64,000 nucleotides of DNA from Candidatus Dojkabacteria bacterium (GCA_026415655.1 JAOAGR010000004.1:67236-131235), one strand, 5' to 3'. Shown: positions 48,651 through 57,673, counted from the first letter of the stretch. Notes: generated by a model from the sequence alone, not told the origin. Made by a program: numbers and translations.

Positions 48651-49718
48651 ATGGAAGAAAACCAATTATTAAATAAATCAAAAAACCTTGCTTCCAAAGC
48701 TGATGGACTGGCTGGAGATGCTCTTGCTATGGCTTCAAACAAAGTCGCCCCTGTTGCAGGTCCAATTCTGGTTCAACTTCTGTGGAAAAATAAAATAACA
48801 ATTACCTTGGTTATATTATCAATGATACTTTTAATGTGTTTTAGCTTTGAAAGCTTATCACTTCAAGCACTGGCAGGATCAAGAGGTCTGATAGAGCAAA
48901 TTTCTGCGACTCATAAAGAGTGTATTCAGAAAGCTAAAGAAAAACATAATATTGAGTTTGAGCTTTTAGCGTCATATGGGAAAGTAATTTCTGATTTTGA
49001 CGAAAAATATATAGGGACTGGCAAAGGGTTCTTGGAAATAACGGATGCTGATTGGGAAAAGTCATCAACTGATGGTGATGAGGACGGGGAAATTGAGGCA
49101 ACAAGTATCTGCGATAATTATTTTACTCTTGCAAATATTCTGTCTCAAATCCAAGGTGACAGTGAGAAAAAAATAGATGCTTATCCATACCAGAAAAAAG
49201 CGGAAGTTAAGGAATGGTACTTGATATACAAAGGCTTGATAATGATACCTTATGGAAATCCTGTTGGATTAATAAGGTCAGATCTTGTAACCGTTTCTTC
49301 GGGCTATAACGTAGTAAGAATTATTAATGGAAAAGAGAATGTTCATAGAGGTATTGATCTTGTTCCATCCGGAAAGTGGTATGAAGAAAATCCGGGGAAA
49401 ACCTCAAAAGATTCGATAGTAAATTCAATTATTTCGGGAGATCTTTCAAATACAGTTGATGACGCTGGTGCTTTATGTTCTACAGTTACAAATGAACTTT
49501 TTAAAGTTATTAACTGTCATTGTGATTCATTTATTGCTACTGATGGAGCAAAGGTTGTTTATGGATCTCCACTTTGTTTTATGGGAACAACTGGAAACTC
49601 CACAGGCGTGCATGTTCATGTTGAGATCTCTCAAAAGGACGAGAATGGCAAATGGCAGAGGATTGATCCAACTCCTCTTGTATTTCCAGTAAATAATTAT
49701 GCAGGACAAAACCAATGA
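48651..49718 (+). CDS. M23/LytM-family peptidoglycan endopeptidase with an N-terminal membrane anchor. Probably the T4SS cell-wall hydrolase (VirB1-equivalent, PrgK/TcpG-like).
   Basis: M23 motifs HRGIDL and GNSTGVHVHVEI. Confidence 0.75.
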   Translation: MEENQLLNKSKNLASKADGLAGDALAMASNKVAPVAGPILVQLLWKNKITITLVILSMILLMCFSFESLSLQALAGSRGLIEQISATHKECIQKAKEKHNIEFELLASYGKVISDFDEKYIGTGKGFLEITDADWEKSSTDGDEDGEIEATSICDNYFTLANILSQIQGDSEKKIDAYPYQKKAEVKEWYLIYKGLIMIPYGNPVGLIRSDLVTVSSGYNVVRIINGKENVHRGIDLVPSGKWYEENPGKTSKDSIVNSIISGDLSNTVDDAGALCSTVTNELFKVINCHCDSFIATDGAKVVYGSPLCFMGTTGNSTGVHVHVEISQKDENGKWQRIDPTPLVFPVNNYAGQNQ

Positions 49719-50490
49719 AAAAATTAAAATTCTGGATAAGTCTTTGCAACAGGGCTTTTCACAGATTCCAAGACCGGTACTTAAAGCCAAAGGACTTTCC
49801 AGAAATGCAAAATGTCTTTATGGGCTTTTGCTTGATTATGCCTGGCAAAGCGGAAGTTGCTTTCCTGGACAAAAAAGATTGGCAGAAGATCTGGATGTAT
49901 CAGAGCGAAGTATTCAGAGAGATCTTGAAGAACTTCGGGACTTTGGGCTTATCAAGTGGATTAGACGTGGTTATCAAATGACAAATGAATATCAGATTTT
50001 ATCTTTGGATTTTTTACTTCAATCAGATATGTCAAAAACGTCAGATCAAGAGGTGACAGATCTGGCTTCTCAAGAGATGACAGATACGTCGCACAAAGAA
50101 TATAACGTTGAAAATACCCAGAATAAAAATACTCAGTCGTCAACGTTGGAAACGAAAACGAATAATTTAAATCTTTTTGACAAGGAAGCAGTTGAACTTG
50201 CAACAGAATTAAACGATCTCAAAAGCATTCGGTTTTATCAGAAAATAATTAATCAAAGAAATAAAGGGGAAATCGCAATTGAAGATTTTAATACCGCTCT
50301 TGAAGATACACGAAGAGTTAAAAGATGTGATGAAGTCGATGGTACAAACTTTTTAAAAAATCCTGCTGGTTGGTTTGTTTCTGTTTTACAGAAACTCACC
50401 AGACGAAGACAGGACAAACTCCGGCAGGAAGAAGTTAAAACCAAGATGGATGAATTGAAAAATAAGTTTTTAGGAAAAGCAAAACTATGA
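49699..50490 (+). CDS. HTH_36-type winged-helix protein, replication-initiator/DnaD-like, of mobile elements.
   Basis: FSQIPRPVLKAKGLSRNAKCLYGLLLDYAWQSGSCFPGQKRLAEDLDVSERSIQRDLEELRDFGLIKW. Confidence 0.5.
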   Translation: MQDKTNEKIKILDKSLQQGFSQIPRPVLKAKGLSRNAKCLYGLLLDYAWQSGSCFPGQKRLAEDLDVSERSIQRDLEELRDFGLIKWIRRGYQMTNEYQILSLDFLLQSDMSKTSDQEVTDLASQEMTDTSHKEYNVENTQNKNTQSSTLETKTNNLNLFDKEAVELATELNDLKSIRFYQKIINQRNKGEIAIEDFNTALEDTRRVKRCDEVDGTNFLKNPAGWFVSVLQKLTRRRQDKLRQEEVKTKMDELKNKFLGKAKL

Positions 50491-53075
50491 GTCAGGAGTT
50501 AATAGAAAATTTAATAAAGTTTGCATTCATTTCTTTGAGCATAAGTTTAATTTTTACACTAAACTATTTTCGCAAATTATATTTTGCAAAAGTCAGAGCA
50601 AAAAAAGAAAAAGGATTTCTGATACAGATTATTCCACCCAAATACCAACTGGAAGATGCGGATCAAAGAGGAGTGCGTTTTGCTCTACAACGATTTATCG
50701 ATAATTTAACAGCAAGCGTAAAAGATTCCCGAATCTCTTTAGAAATTTTTGCTGATAATTCGGAGATTAACTTTCTGGTATGGACACCTAGTAAAAAGAT
50801 CGCTGAACTGGTTAAGCTTAATTTATACAGTACTTACAATGACCGAATAAAAATTAAGGACGTAGAAACTGATCCAATCAATTCTTTTTCCGTTGATTCT
50901 GTTGTGAACGAATATAAAACCTCCAAGCATGATATTTACATGCTTATGGATCTTAAAGACTTTGAATCTGTAGATCCAGTCCAAGATATTTTGGGAGCAA
51001 TGAGGGGACTTCAAAATGACGATAAGCTTTTATTCCAAATTACAATTAAGCCATCAAAACTTGACGTAATTGCATTACAAAAAGCAAAAGAGAATTTCCG
51101 ACTCCGTAGATCAGAAATAACCTGGCTGGAATTATTCCTGCAAAAAATCAGTTCGTATTTGATTTATTTTGTGCCACTTTTACCAATTTTTATTATAAAA
51201 ATATTTGGTGGAATTCTAGCTTTTTTTAAAGGAGGAAATATAAACCAAGATCCAATCTTTTTGCTTCCTGATAGTGATCCAAGGAAAGTACTTGTTGAGA
51301 AAGAAGAGTTAAGTAACTTTAACAGCCGAATATCAGAAAAATATAAAACTTCATTTTCTACGAATATTAGAGTTATTGCTGAGGGTGAAAGAAAGGACAT
51401 TTTGCTTGATGGATTTGAGCAAGCTCTCGAATCCATGAAATCAGAAACTCAAAACAGACTTATCCGTAAACATAAAAGCAATTCCTTTGATTTGCGAACC
51501 CGGCTTGTTTATCCAGAAGATTCCCTTTTCCCTTTTTACAAAGAACTTTGCACTTCTCAAAATACACTTTACTCAAGGGAAATTTCTATGATCTACCATG
51601 TGCCTTTTAAGATTGATGATCCGGTGATAACAAGCTTTGCCTCTCCTGACCTGCCAGCAAAAAAACTTTTTAAAGATAAAGTTAATATTTCTGATCTTTA
51701 TATTGGAATTAACAAATCCAGAAATATTGAATCAAATGTTTTTTTAAGTGAAGAGAATCGTAAAAGACATATTGTAATAAACGGTCAAACCGGAACAGGA
51801 AAATCCACCATTATGAAAAACTTTGTTTTGCAGGATATTGATGAAAACTTGATTGGACAAAATAAGCGAGGTTTAATGCTGATGGACCCGCATGAAGATT
51901 TCTTTATTGATATTTTAGAAAGACTGCCAGAAACGGAAATGAATTTAGAAAAGTTTATTGCCTGGGATACAACAAGCGAGGAATATTATTTTGGATTTAA
52001 TCCACTTTATGCAGTAGGGCTTACAGAACGGGAAATTGACTTAATTGTTGACTCGAATTTTAAACTGATAGAAAAAGTAATCCGCAGGATTAATCCAGAA
52101 TCAGGAATGGGTATGACCGGAAAGCCAATGCTGATAAATGCCATGAAAACCCTTATGGTTTTTCAAAATGAATGGCTGGAGAAAGTTGGAAATACAGATG
52201 CAAACGTAGAAATTATCAAGAAACATGCACCAACACTTCTTGATGTACGTAGTTTATTTATCAGTGACGAAGAATGCTCGACAATTCTATCTTTTATTCC
52301 ACTGGAAAAATATGAAGGACTCAGGACTTTCTGGGAAGATATTCTGCCCAATTACAAAGAATCACAAAATTGGTCAGAAATCAGACAAGGTTTTGATAAC
52401 AAAATTTCTCAAATTCTTACTGGTATTTTGTTTTTCACATTTGCTCAAAGTCAAAGCTCGATAGAAATATCAGAAATTATTCGGGAGTCAAAAATACTGC
52501 TTGTAAATTTGTCATCTAAAAATATTGGTGAAGAAGGTATGGGACTTCTTGGATCACTTCTTATGTCAAAGGTCTGGTTTGAGGCAAAAAAGATAGAAAA
52601 AAGTAAACGTAATCCATTTGTTGTTTATGCTGATGAATTTCAGAATTTTGCTAACAGTGATTTTGCCAGTGCATTATCTGAAGCAAGAAAATTTAAACTT
52701 GAACTTATACTTGCTCATCAATTCTTTCAGCAACTTCCCGAAGAAGTCTTTCACGCAGTTATGGGTAATGTAAAAACAAAAATTTATTACAGATGTGGAC
52801 TTGAGGATAGCGAAATGATTGCAAAAGAATTGCAGGGAAGACTTCTTCAAAATGAAGTCATGGAGATTCCGGAATTTCATGCAAATATTAAAGTCGGTGA
52901 GGATGTGTTTTCTGTCTATGTCCCTGTGGAAAGGAAACCAACAAAGAGTGAAATTGCAGTCCAAAAAATAGTCGAAGATTCGTATAAAAAATATGGGCGA
53001 ACAAGGCTTTCTGTAGAACAAAATATCATCAATAGAAGGAACTGGTTCAGGGACGGATGTGAGCCATACGGGTAA
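50487..53075 (+). CDS. Type IV coupling protein (VirD4/TraG/TcpA-like ATPase) with an N-terminal membrane region.
   Basis: N-terminal TM helices. Walker A INGQTGTGKSTIMKN. Walker B FVVYADEFQNFAN. 862 aa. Confidence 0.7.
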   Translation: MSQELIENLIKFAFISLSISLIFTLNYFRKLYFAKVRAKKEKGFLIQIIPPKYQLEDADQRGVRFALQRFIDNLTASVKDSRISLEIFADNSEINFLVWTPSKKIAELVKLNLYSTYNDRIKIKDVETDPINSFSVDSVVNEYKTSKHDIYMLMDLKDFESVDPVQDILGAMRGLQNDDKLLFQITIKPSKLDVIALQKAKENFRLRRSEITWLELFLQKISSYLIYFVPLLPIFIIKIFGGILAFFKGGNINQDPIFLLPDSDPRKVLVEKEELSNFNSRISEKYKTSFSTNIRVIAEGERKDILLDGFEQALESMKSETQNRLIRKHKSNSFDLRTRLVYPEDSLFPFYKELCTSQNTLYSREISMIYHVPFKIDDPVITSFASPDLPAKKLFKDKVNISDLYIGINKSRNIESNVFLSEENRKRHIVINGQTGTGKSTIMKNFVLQDIDENLIGQNKRGLMLMDPHEDFFIDILERLPETEMNLEKFIAWDTTSEEYYFGFNPLYAVGLTEREIDLIVDSNFKLIEKVIRRINPESGMGMTGKPMLINAMKTLMVFQNEWLEKVGNTDANVEIIKKHAPTLLDVRSLFISDEECSTILSFIPLEKYEGLRTFWEDILPNYKESQNWSEIRQGFDNKISQILTGILFFTFAQSQSSIEISEIIRESKILLVNLSSKNIGEEGMGLLGSLLMSKVWFEAKKIEKSKRNPFVVYADEFQNFANSDFASALSEARKFKLELILAHQFFQQLPEEVFHAVMGNVKTKIYYRCGLEDSEMIAKELQGRLLQNEVMEIPEFHANIKVGEDVFSVYVPVERKPTKSEIAVQKIVEDSYKKYGRTRLSVEQNIINRRNWFRDGCEPYG

Positions 53076-53113
53076 TTATTGTACTAGAACAGTTATCCAG
53101 TAAATAGCTCTTA

Positions 53114-53289
53114 AAAAACTTAACCTCTTATCTTATTTTTCTCATCCCCTTGCGATCCCTGCTCTCGTCATTTTGTGAGTGGGTGGACTTTCACGAAAGC
53201 CCACCCACTCACTTCCTCGACCATGGATTTGATGTGTATATTTAACACATACAAACGGGGGATGAGATATGGGGGGAGGTTAAGTTTTT
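53114..53289. repeat. Nested inverted repeats in the T4CP/Replic_Relax intergenic region, an oriT candidate. Outer pair AAAAACTTAACCTC / GAGGTTAAGTTTTT. Middle pair TCTCATCCCC / GGGGATGAGA. Core 38-nt GC-rich hairpin GTGAGTGGGTGG-A-CTTTC-AC-GAAAG-C-CCACCCACTCAC at 53175..53212.
   Basis: Read directly. The core hairpin is not followed by a T-tract, so it is not a canonical terminator. GC-rich in an AT-rich context. Confidence 0.5.
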
Positions 53290-53307
53290 AGGGTAATTAA
53301 TATAAAT

Positions 53308-54192
53308 ATGAAAAAAATAAGATTAAATAAAAATCAGATAGAGGTATTAAAAATTATTCAGAGTTTTAGGTATATTCCAATGAAGGTATTGATGAAGATT
53401 GTATTTGAGAGGGAAGTTTATGGGCATTTATCGGGACTGAGTAGAGGACTTCATAGATTGGAATATTCTGGATTAATAAAAAGTTTTTTATACGGTAATA
53501 ATTGGAAAGTAGTTTTTATCACGAAAAAAGGAGCAGAAAGCTTAGCTCTGGAATCAGGAATTCCAATTAAAGATATTTCCATTCCAAATCTAAGCCACAA
53601 AGTAGGTTTTGCCACTCTTGAGCATACAGTAAAAATAGCCAACCTTTATCTCGAACTCGCAATGGAAATACCCGCATTTCCAGATTTCTCACTAATAGAA
53701 TGGCTAGGAGATCAACAGGTATTTTTGCAGTACAAATTCCGTTCAGTAAGAAATGGAAAAACAATAAAAAGAAATCTGGCACCGGATTCTTTTTTCCTGC
53801 TTCAAAAGGATGGAGTCAATAAACCTTACTTTCTTGAATACGATACCGGTACTATGGACAGGGAACAGCTTGTACAAAAATTCCTGCGGTACTTTGAATA
53901 CTTTGTTTACGGGGAGTGGAGAGAAAAGTTCGGGACTTTTCCTTCAATTCTTTTCTTGACGGAAAGAAAAGAACAATCAATGCAAAAGTATTTGCAGGAG
54001 CCGGAAATTCCTTTGGAAAAAGCTCTTGCTCTAAGATCCAAATTTTCTGACTCCTCAAATATTGTCTGGAAGGCAATAGGCATGTCAGAAAATATTAAAA
54101 GCATAAATTCCAAAGAAATTTATGACTTTTTAAAAACTCAAATTATTTTTAATTATACAAATCAATCATGGACAAAAGAATTATTAAAATAA
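53308..54192 (+). CDS. Replic_Relax (replication-relaxation) family-like protein with an N-terminal winged helix. Candidate ICE relaxase or mobilisation protein.
   Basis: LNKNQIEVLKIIQSFRYIPMKVLMKIVFEREVYGHLSGLSRGLHRLEYSGLIKSF. Size and N-terminal wHTH are consistent with PF13814. Assignment from memory only. Confidence 0.45.
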   Translation: MKKIRLNKNQIEVLKIIQSFRYIPMKVLMKIVFEREVYGHLSGLSRGLHRLEYSGLIKSFLYGNNWKVVFITKKGAESLALESGIPIKDISIPNLSHKVGFATLEHTVKIANLYLELAMEIPAFPDFSLIEWLGDQQVFLQYKFRSVRNGKTIKRNLAPDSFFLLQKDGVNKPYFLEYDTGTMDREQLVQKFLRYFEYFVYGEWREKFGTFPSILFLTERKEQSMQKYLQEPEIPLEKALALRSKFSDSSNIVWKAIGMSENIKSINSKEIYDFLKTQIIFNYTNQSWTKELLK

Positions 54193-54743
54193 TATTTGCT
54201 CTGATCTCATGTATCTTTATCGTGATTGGAGTTTATTTAGCTTACAACGTTTTTTACCCTGAGATTTATTATCAGAAAAACCTTAAAAACAACATTACAC
54301 CTCCCCCCATTACAGAAAGCGAATCACCAAGCTCAGTATCTACCCCAGCCCTGGATCAGGAAAATATTCCTGATCGATTGATAATTCCCAAAATAGGTGT
54401 GGATATGGAGTTAGGAACTGATCCAAAGACATTAGATAAAGCAGGGTGGGTGCAAAACCTCTATCCTGATAATTCTGTAATGGTTATTGCAGCCCACAGG
54501 TTCGGCTGGATAGGCATGCCTAATGACCGGAAAGTAACTCATACTCTTTATAATATTAATAAGCTGGTAATTGGGGATGAGGTGATTATCCAATGGAATG
54601 GAGAGAGGAAGATTTATAAGATTAAAGATATAACTGAGGCTACAAATAACCCTTCTATAAAAGACGGTGAGGTTTTGATTTATACTTGTAAGTCTTTAGA
54701 TTCGGAATTAAGAATCTTTTTAAATTTAGAATATGTATTATAA
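54168..54743 (+). CDS. Sortase (N-terminal TM anchor; catalytic His, Cys and Arg region).
   Basis: LIIPKIGVD, VIAAHR (His), and LIYTCKS (TLxTC-type Cys). 191 aa. Confidence 0.7.
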   Translation: MDKRIIKIIFALISCIFIVIGVYLAYNVFYPEIYYQKNLKNNITPPPITESESPSSVSTPALDQENIPDRLIIPKIGVDMELGTDPKTLDKAGWVQNLYPDNSVMVIAAHRFGWIGMPNDRKVTHTLYNINKLVIGDEVIIQWNGERKIYKIKDITEATNNPSIKDGEVLIYTCKSLDSELRIFLNLEYVL

Positions 54744-54901
54744 GTTGAAATATTCATGCTCCATTTTCCTTTAAGGTCAATGCAGAAAAGTGCATTATAA
54801 TCTGTTATTCTGGAGTATTTTTTGCTGAAATAGATTATACAAAATGAATCTAAAGAGACAGCTGTGTTATATAAATGTACAATAAATAGAGGTATAACCA
54901 G

Positions 54902-57070
54902 ATGCAACGAGAACAGTCAAATCATGCAAATCATCACGGGGTTATGCATGAAGAAAATAAAAGTGATAGTCACAGTAATCATGGACATCAAAACCACGCT
55001 ATGAAGTCTATTGAAGACATGTCATTGCTGGAAAAAGTAAAGATGAGTATGAGCATGACCATGGGGATGGATCATACAGGGCTTGCAGGCAGAGAGATGG
55101 CAAGACTTATGGAACTTGATATTAGAAATAAATTTTTCTTTTCACTCATATTCACAGTTCCGATATTCTTATACACCATGGGCGAGATGATTTTCGGGAT
55201 TATGATGCCTGAATTCATGCCAAAATCATGGCTTTTATTTTTACTAACTACTCCAGTATTTTTTTATGGTGGGTGGTTGTTTTTATACTCAGCTTTTCAT
55301 TCATTGAGATCACGAAAGCTTGATATGTCTGTACTTATTGCCGTTGGTATTGTTGCTGCATATGTATTTAGCGTAGTTTTGACTTTTATCGGTTCGGAAG
55401 AAACATATTATGAAGCAGCTGCAATGCTAATTACATTTGTACTTTTTGGGCATTGGATGGAGATGAAATCAAGACGCGGTACTACTGATGCGTTGCAGGC
55501 TTTATTCGCTTTAGTTCCAGATCAAGCCAGAATTGATCGAGATGGAAAAGAAACTATCGTTGCAACCGATGAGGTAAAGTTAAATGACATCATAATTTTA
55601 AAACCTGGTGATAAAGTCCCTGTTGATGGAGTCGTGACTGAAGGTGAGACATCTATTGATGAATCTCTAATCACTGGCGAATCAATCCCTGTAACAAAAA
55701 AAGTGGAAGACCGAGTAGTGGCAGGATCAATCAATCAGACCGGTTCAATTAGATTTAAAGCAACTCAAGTCGGTCAAGATACTGTTTTAGCAAATATTGT
55801 TAAGTTGGTTGAAACCGCACAGAATTCAAAAGCACCGGGTCAAAGAATTGCGGATAAATTTGCTGGTTATCTAGTAGTGTTAGCAGTAGGCAGCGGATTA
55901 CTAACATTTGCTGTTTGGTACTTTCTCGCAGGTGAGCCAGTTCTTTTTGCACTGACATTTGCCATATCAGCAGTAGTTATCGCTTGCCCTGACGCTCTCG
56001 GTCTTGCAACTCCAACAGCGGTTGCTGTAGGTACAGGGATTGGTGCTAAACATAATATTTTAATTAAGGATGCACCTACTTTAGAACAGGTTTCTAAAAT
56101 TAAGGCAGTTGTTTTAGATAAAACTGGAACATTGACAGAAGGAAAGCCTAAAGTTGTGAGGGTTCAAACAGTTGAAGGCTTTTCTGACGCTGAAGCTATA
56201 AGAATTACGGCAATCGCAGAGCAAGGTTCTTCACATCCATTGAGCAAATCAGTACTAGATTATGCTGATGCAAATAATATTGCAATTAATTCTAAAGCCC
56301 AAAACTTTAAGAATTTGGCGGGTTTAGGTATTGAAGCACAAGTTGACGGTAAGAACATACTCGTTGGTACTAAAAAATTGATGAAGCAAAGAGATATTAA
56401 TATTGATGCTTTGGATTCGGTTATAAAAGATGCACTAGCTGGAGGAGAAACTATTATGATTCTCGCAATAGATAATAGTGTTAAAGCAGTAATTGGAGCG
56501 GCAGATCCAATCAAAGAGACCGCAAAAACTGCTATTTCAAGGCTCAATTCTATCGGAATCGAAACAATTATGATAACAGGAGACAATGAACGTACTGCTG
56601 AGATTGTATCGAAGAATTTAGGTATAAGTCGTTATTTCGCTGAAGTTATGCCGGAAGACAAAGCAGTATTTGTTAAGAAGCTTCAGGATGAAGGTAAGTT
56701 TGTTGCAATGGTTGGTGATGGAGTGAATGATGCTCCTGCTCTTGCTCAGGCAAATATTGGAATTGCAATTGGTGCAGGTACAGATGTGGCTGTAGAAACC
56801 GCGAAAGTCGTACTTATGAAGTCAGATCCAGAGGATATCTCAAGAGCAATTATACTTAGCAAAGCAACTGTACGTAAAATGAAGCAGAATCTTTTTTGGG
56901 CCTCCATTTATAACATTCTTGCAATCCCAATTGCAGCAGGTGCTTTATATCCTAGTTTTGGTATATCACTAAGACCTGAAGTTTCTGCATTACTGATGAG
57001 TGTATCATCAATAATTGTTGCACTAAATGCTGTTTCTTTAAGATTTGTATCTGCAAAGTTAAAGTCATAA
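54902..57070 (+). CDS. P1B-type heavy-metal-translocating ATPase with a His/Met-rich N-terminus and a non-canonical CPD transmembrane motif.
   Basis: TGES, DKTGTLT, and GDGVNDAPAL motifs. IACPDALGLATP in place of CPC. N-terminal HANHHGVMHEE..HSNHGHQNH..MSMSMTMGMDH. Confidence 0.85.
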   Translation: MQREQSNHANHHGVMHEENKSDSHSNHGHQNHAMKSIEDMSLLEKVKMSMSMTMGMDHTGLAGREMARLMELDIRNKFFFSLIFTVPIFLYTMGEMIFGIMMPEFMPKSWLLFLLTTPVFFYGGWLFLYSAFHSLRSRKLDMSVLIAVGIVAAYVFSVVLTFIGSEETYYEAAAMLITFVLFGHWMEMKSRRGTTDALQALFALVPDQARIDRDGKETIVATDEVKLNDIIILKPGDKVPVDGVVTEGETSIDESLITGESIPVTKKVEDRVVAGSINQTGSIRFKATQVGQDTVLANIVKLVETAQNSKAPGQRIADKFAGYLVVLAVGSGLLTFAVWYFLAGEPVLFALTFAISAVVIACPDALGLATPTAVAVGTGIGAKHNILIKDAPTLEQVSKIKAVVLDKTGTLTEGKPKVVRVQTVEGFSDAEAIRITAIAEQGSSHPLSKSVLDYADANNIAINSKAQNFKNLAGLGIEAQVDGKNILVGTKKLMKQRDINIDALDSVIKDALAGGETIMILAIDNSVKAVIGAADPIKETAKTAISRLNSIGIETIMITGDNERTAEIVSKNLGISRYFAEVMPEDKAVFVKKLQDEGKFVAMVGDGVNDAPALAQANIGIAIGAGTDVAVETAKVVLMKSDPEDISRAIILSKATVRKMKQNLFWASIYNILAIPIAAGALYPSFGISLRPEVSALLMSVSSIIVALNAVSLRFVSAKLKS

Positions 57071-57121
57071 AATTAGAAGAGGGATGATATGTCCTTTTAC
57101 TATATTAATAACAACATTAAT

Positions 57122-57165
57122 TTGATTTGTAGTAGTTTCGTGATATAATTGTATAACGTGTACGT
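57122..57165 (+). promoter_or_regulatory. Promoter TTGATT-16-TGaTATAAT followed by the operator-like near-palindrome TAACGTGTACGT (ACGTGTACGT) upstream of the cupredoxin-like gene.
   Basis: -35 at 57122-57127, extended -10 at 57141-57149, and motif at 57154-57165. The same 12-mer in the opposite orientation occurs upstream of copZ at 58013-58024. Confidence 0.4.
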
Positions 57166-57188
57166 CCCATATAGGTATTTAAATTATA

Positions 57189-57668
57189 ATGTCTAAAAAA
57201 AATAAAAAAAAAAGTATTAGTGAGCAGATAGAATCCTCTGCAAACTTAAGATCTGATGATTCTGGAGCCGCAAAAATATTTTTTATTGTATGTGCTGTGT
57301 TATTAGTTGTTTTAATTGGTGGAATGTTTGTATTTATGGGAGGCGGAAGTAGTGATGATGGTTCAGTACAAGGTACTCAGACAGCTTCAGTAGATGAAAG
57401 TGGTAAACAGGTAATTAATATAACTGCAAAAGGTGGATACAAGCCAGGTGTTGTAACTGCTAAAGCAGGACAACCGTCACTTTTAAAAATCAAAACAAAT
57501 AATTCTTTTGACTGTTCAAGAGCATTTATGATTCCTGACCTCAAAATTAGCAGAAATTTACCCCCAACCGGCGAAACTGTAATTGAAATACCTGCTCAAG
57601 AAGCAGGAAAAGAACTAGAAGGCACATGTAGTATGGGAATGTATTCGTTTAAAATGAAATTCGTTTAA
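57189..57668 (+). CDS. Membrane-anchored cupredoxin-like/Met-rich putative copper-binding protein.
   Basis: TM anchor, then GGYKPGVVTAKAGQPSLLKIKTNN...C...GTCSMGMY. Located in a cop context. Confidence 0.45.
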   Translation: MSKKNKKKSISEQIESSANLRSDDSGAAKIFFIVCAVLLVVLIGGMFVFMGGGSSDDGSVQGTQTASVDESGKQVINITAKGGYKPGVVTAKAGQPSLLKIKTNNSFDCSRAFMIPDLKISRNLPPTGETVIEIPAQEAGKELEGTCSMGMYSFKMKFV

Positions 57669-57673
57669 TATTA

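Larger units (their letters stand above)
36584..54743. mobile_element. Putative integrative conjugative element (ICE) integrated next to tRNA-Ser. It spans integrase to sortase; the right boundary is not defined and may extend into the copper module or beyond the window.
   Basis: The gene set is: serine integrase overlapping the tRNA; a CI/Cro module; adhesin; VirB2-like, VirB6-like and VirB4 proteins; M23 hydrolase; HTH_36; VirD4-type ATPase; an oriT-like nested inverted repeat; Replic_Relax; and sortase. Confidence 0.6.

Noticed and set aside
53175-53212. GC-rich hairpin after the coupling-protein gene as a simple intrinsic terminator.
   Set aside because: There is no downstream U-tract (the sequence continues CTTCCTCGACC), and the hairpin is embedded in two further concentric inverted repeats. 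A terminator function cannot be excluded, but it does not fit the canonical rule, so it is reported as an oriT candidate instead.
54744-54901. Direct repeat of the tRNA-Ser 3' end to mark attR of the ICE.
   Set aside because: No copy of GGTTCGAATCCCTCTCTCTCCGCCA or a substantial part of it was seen here or elsewhere downstream. This is expected for a serine integrase (2-bp crossover), so the absence is not informative and no boundary is claimed.
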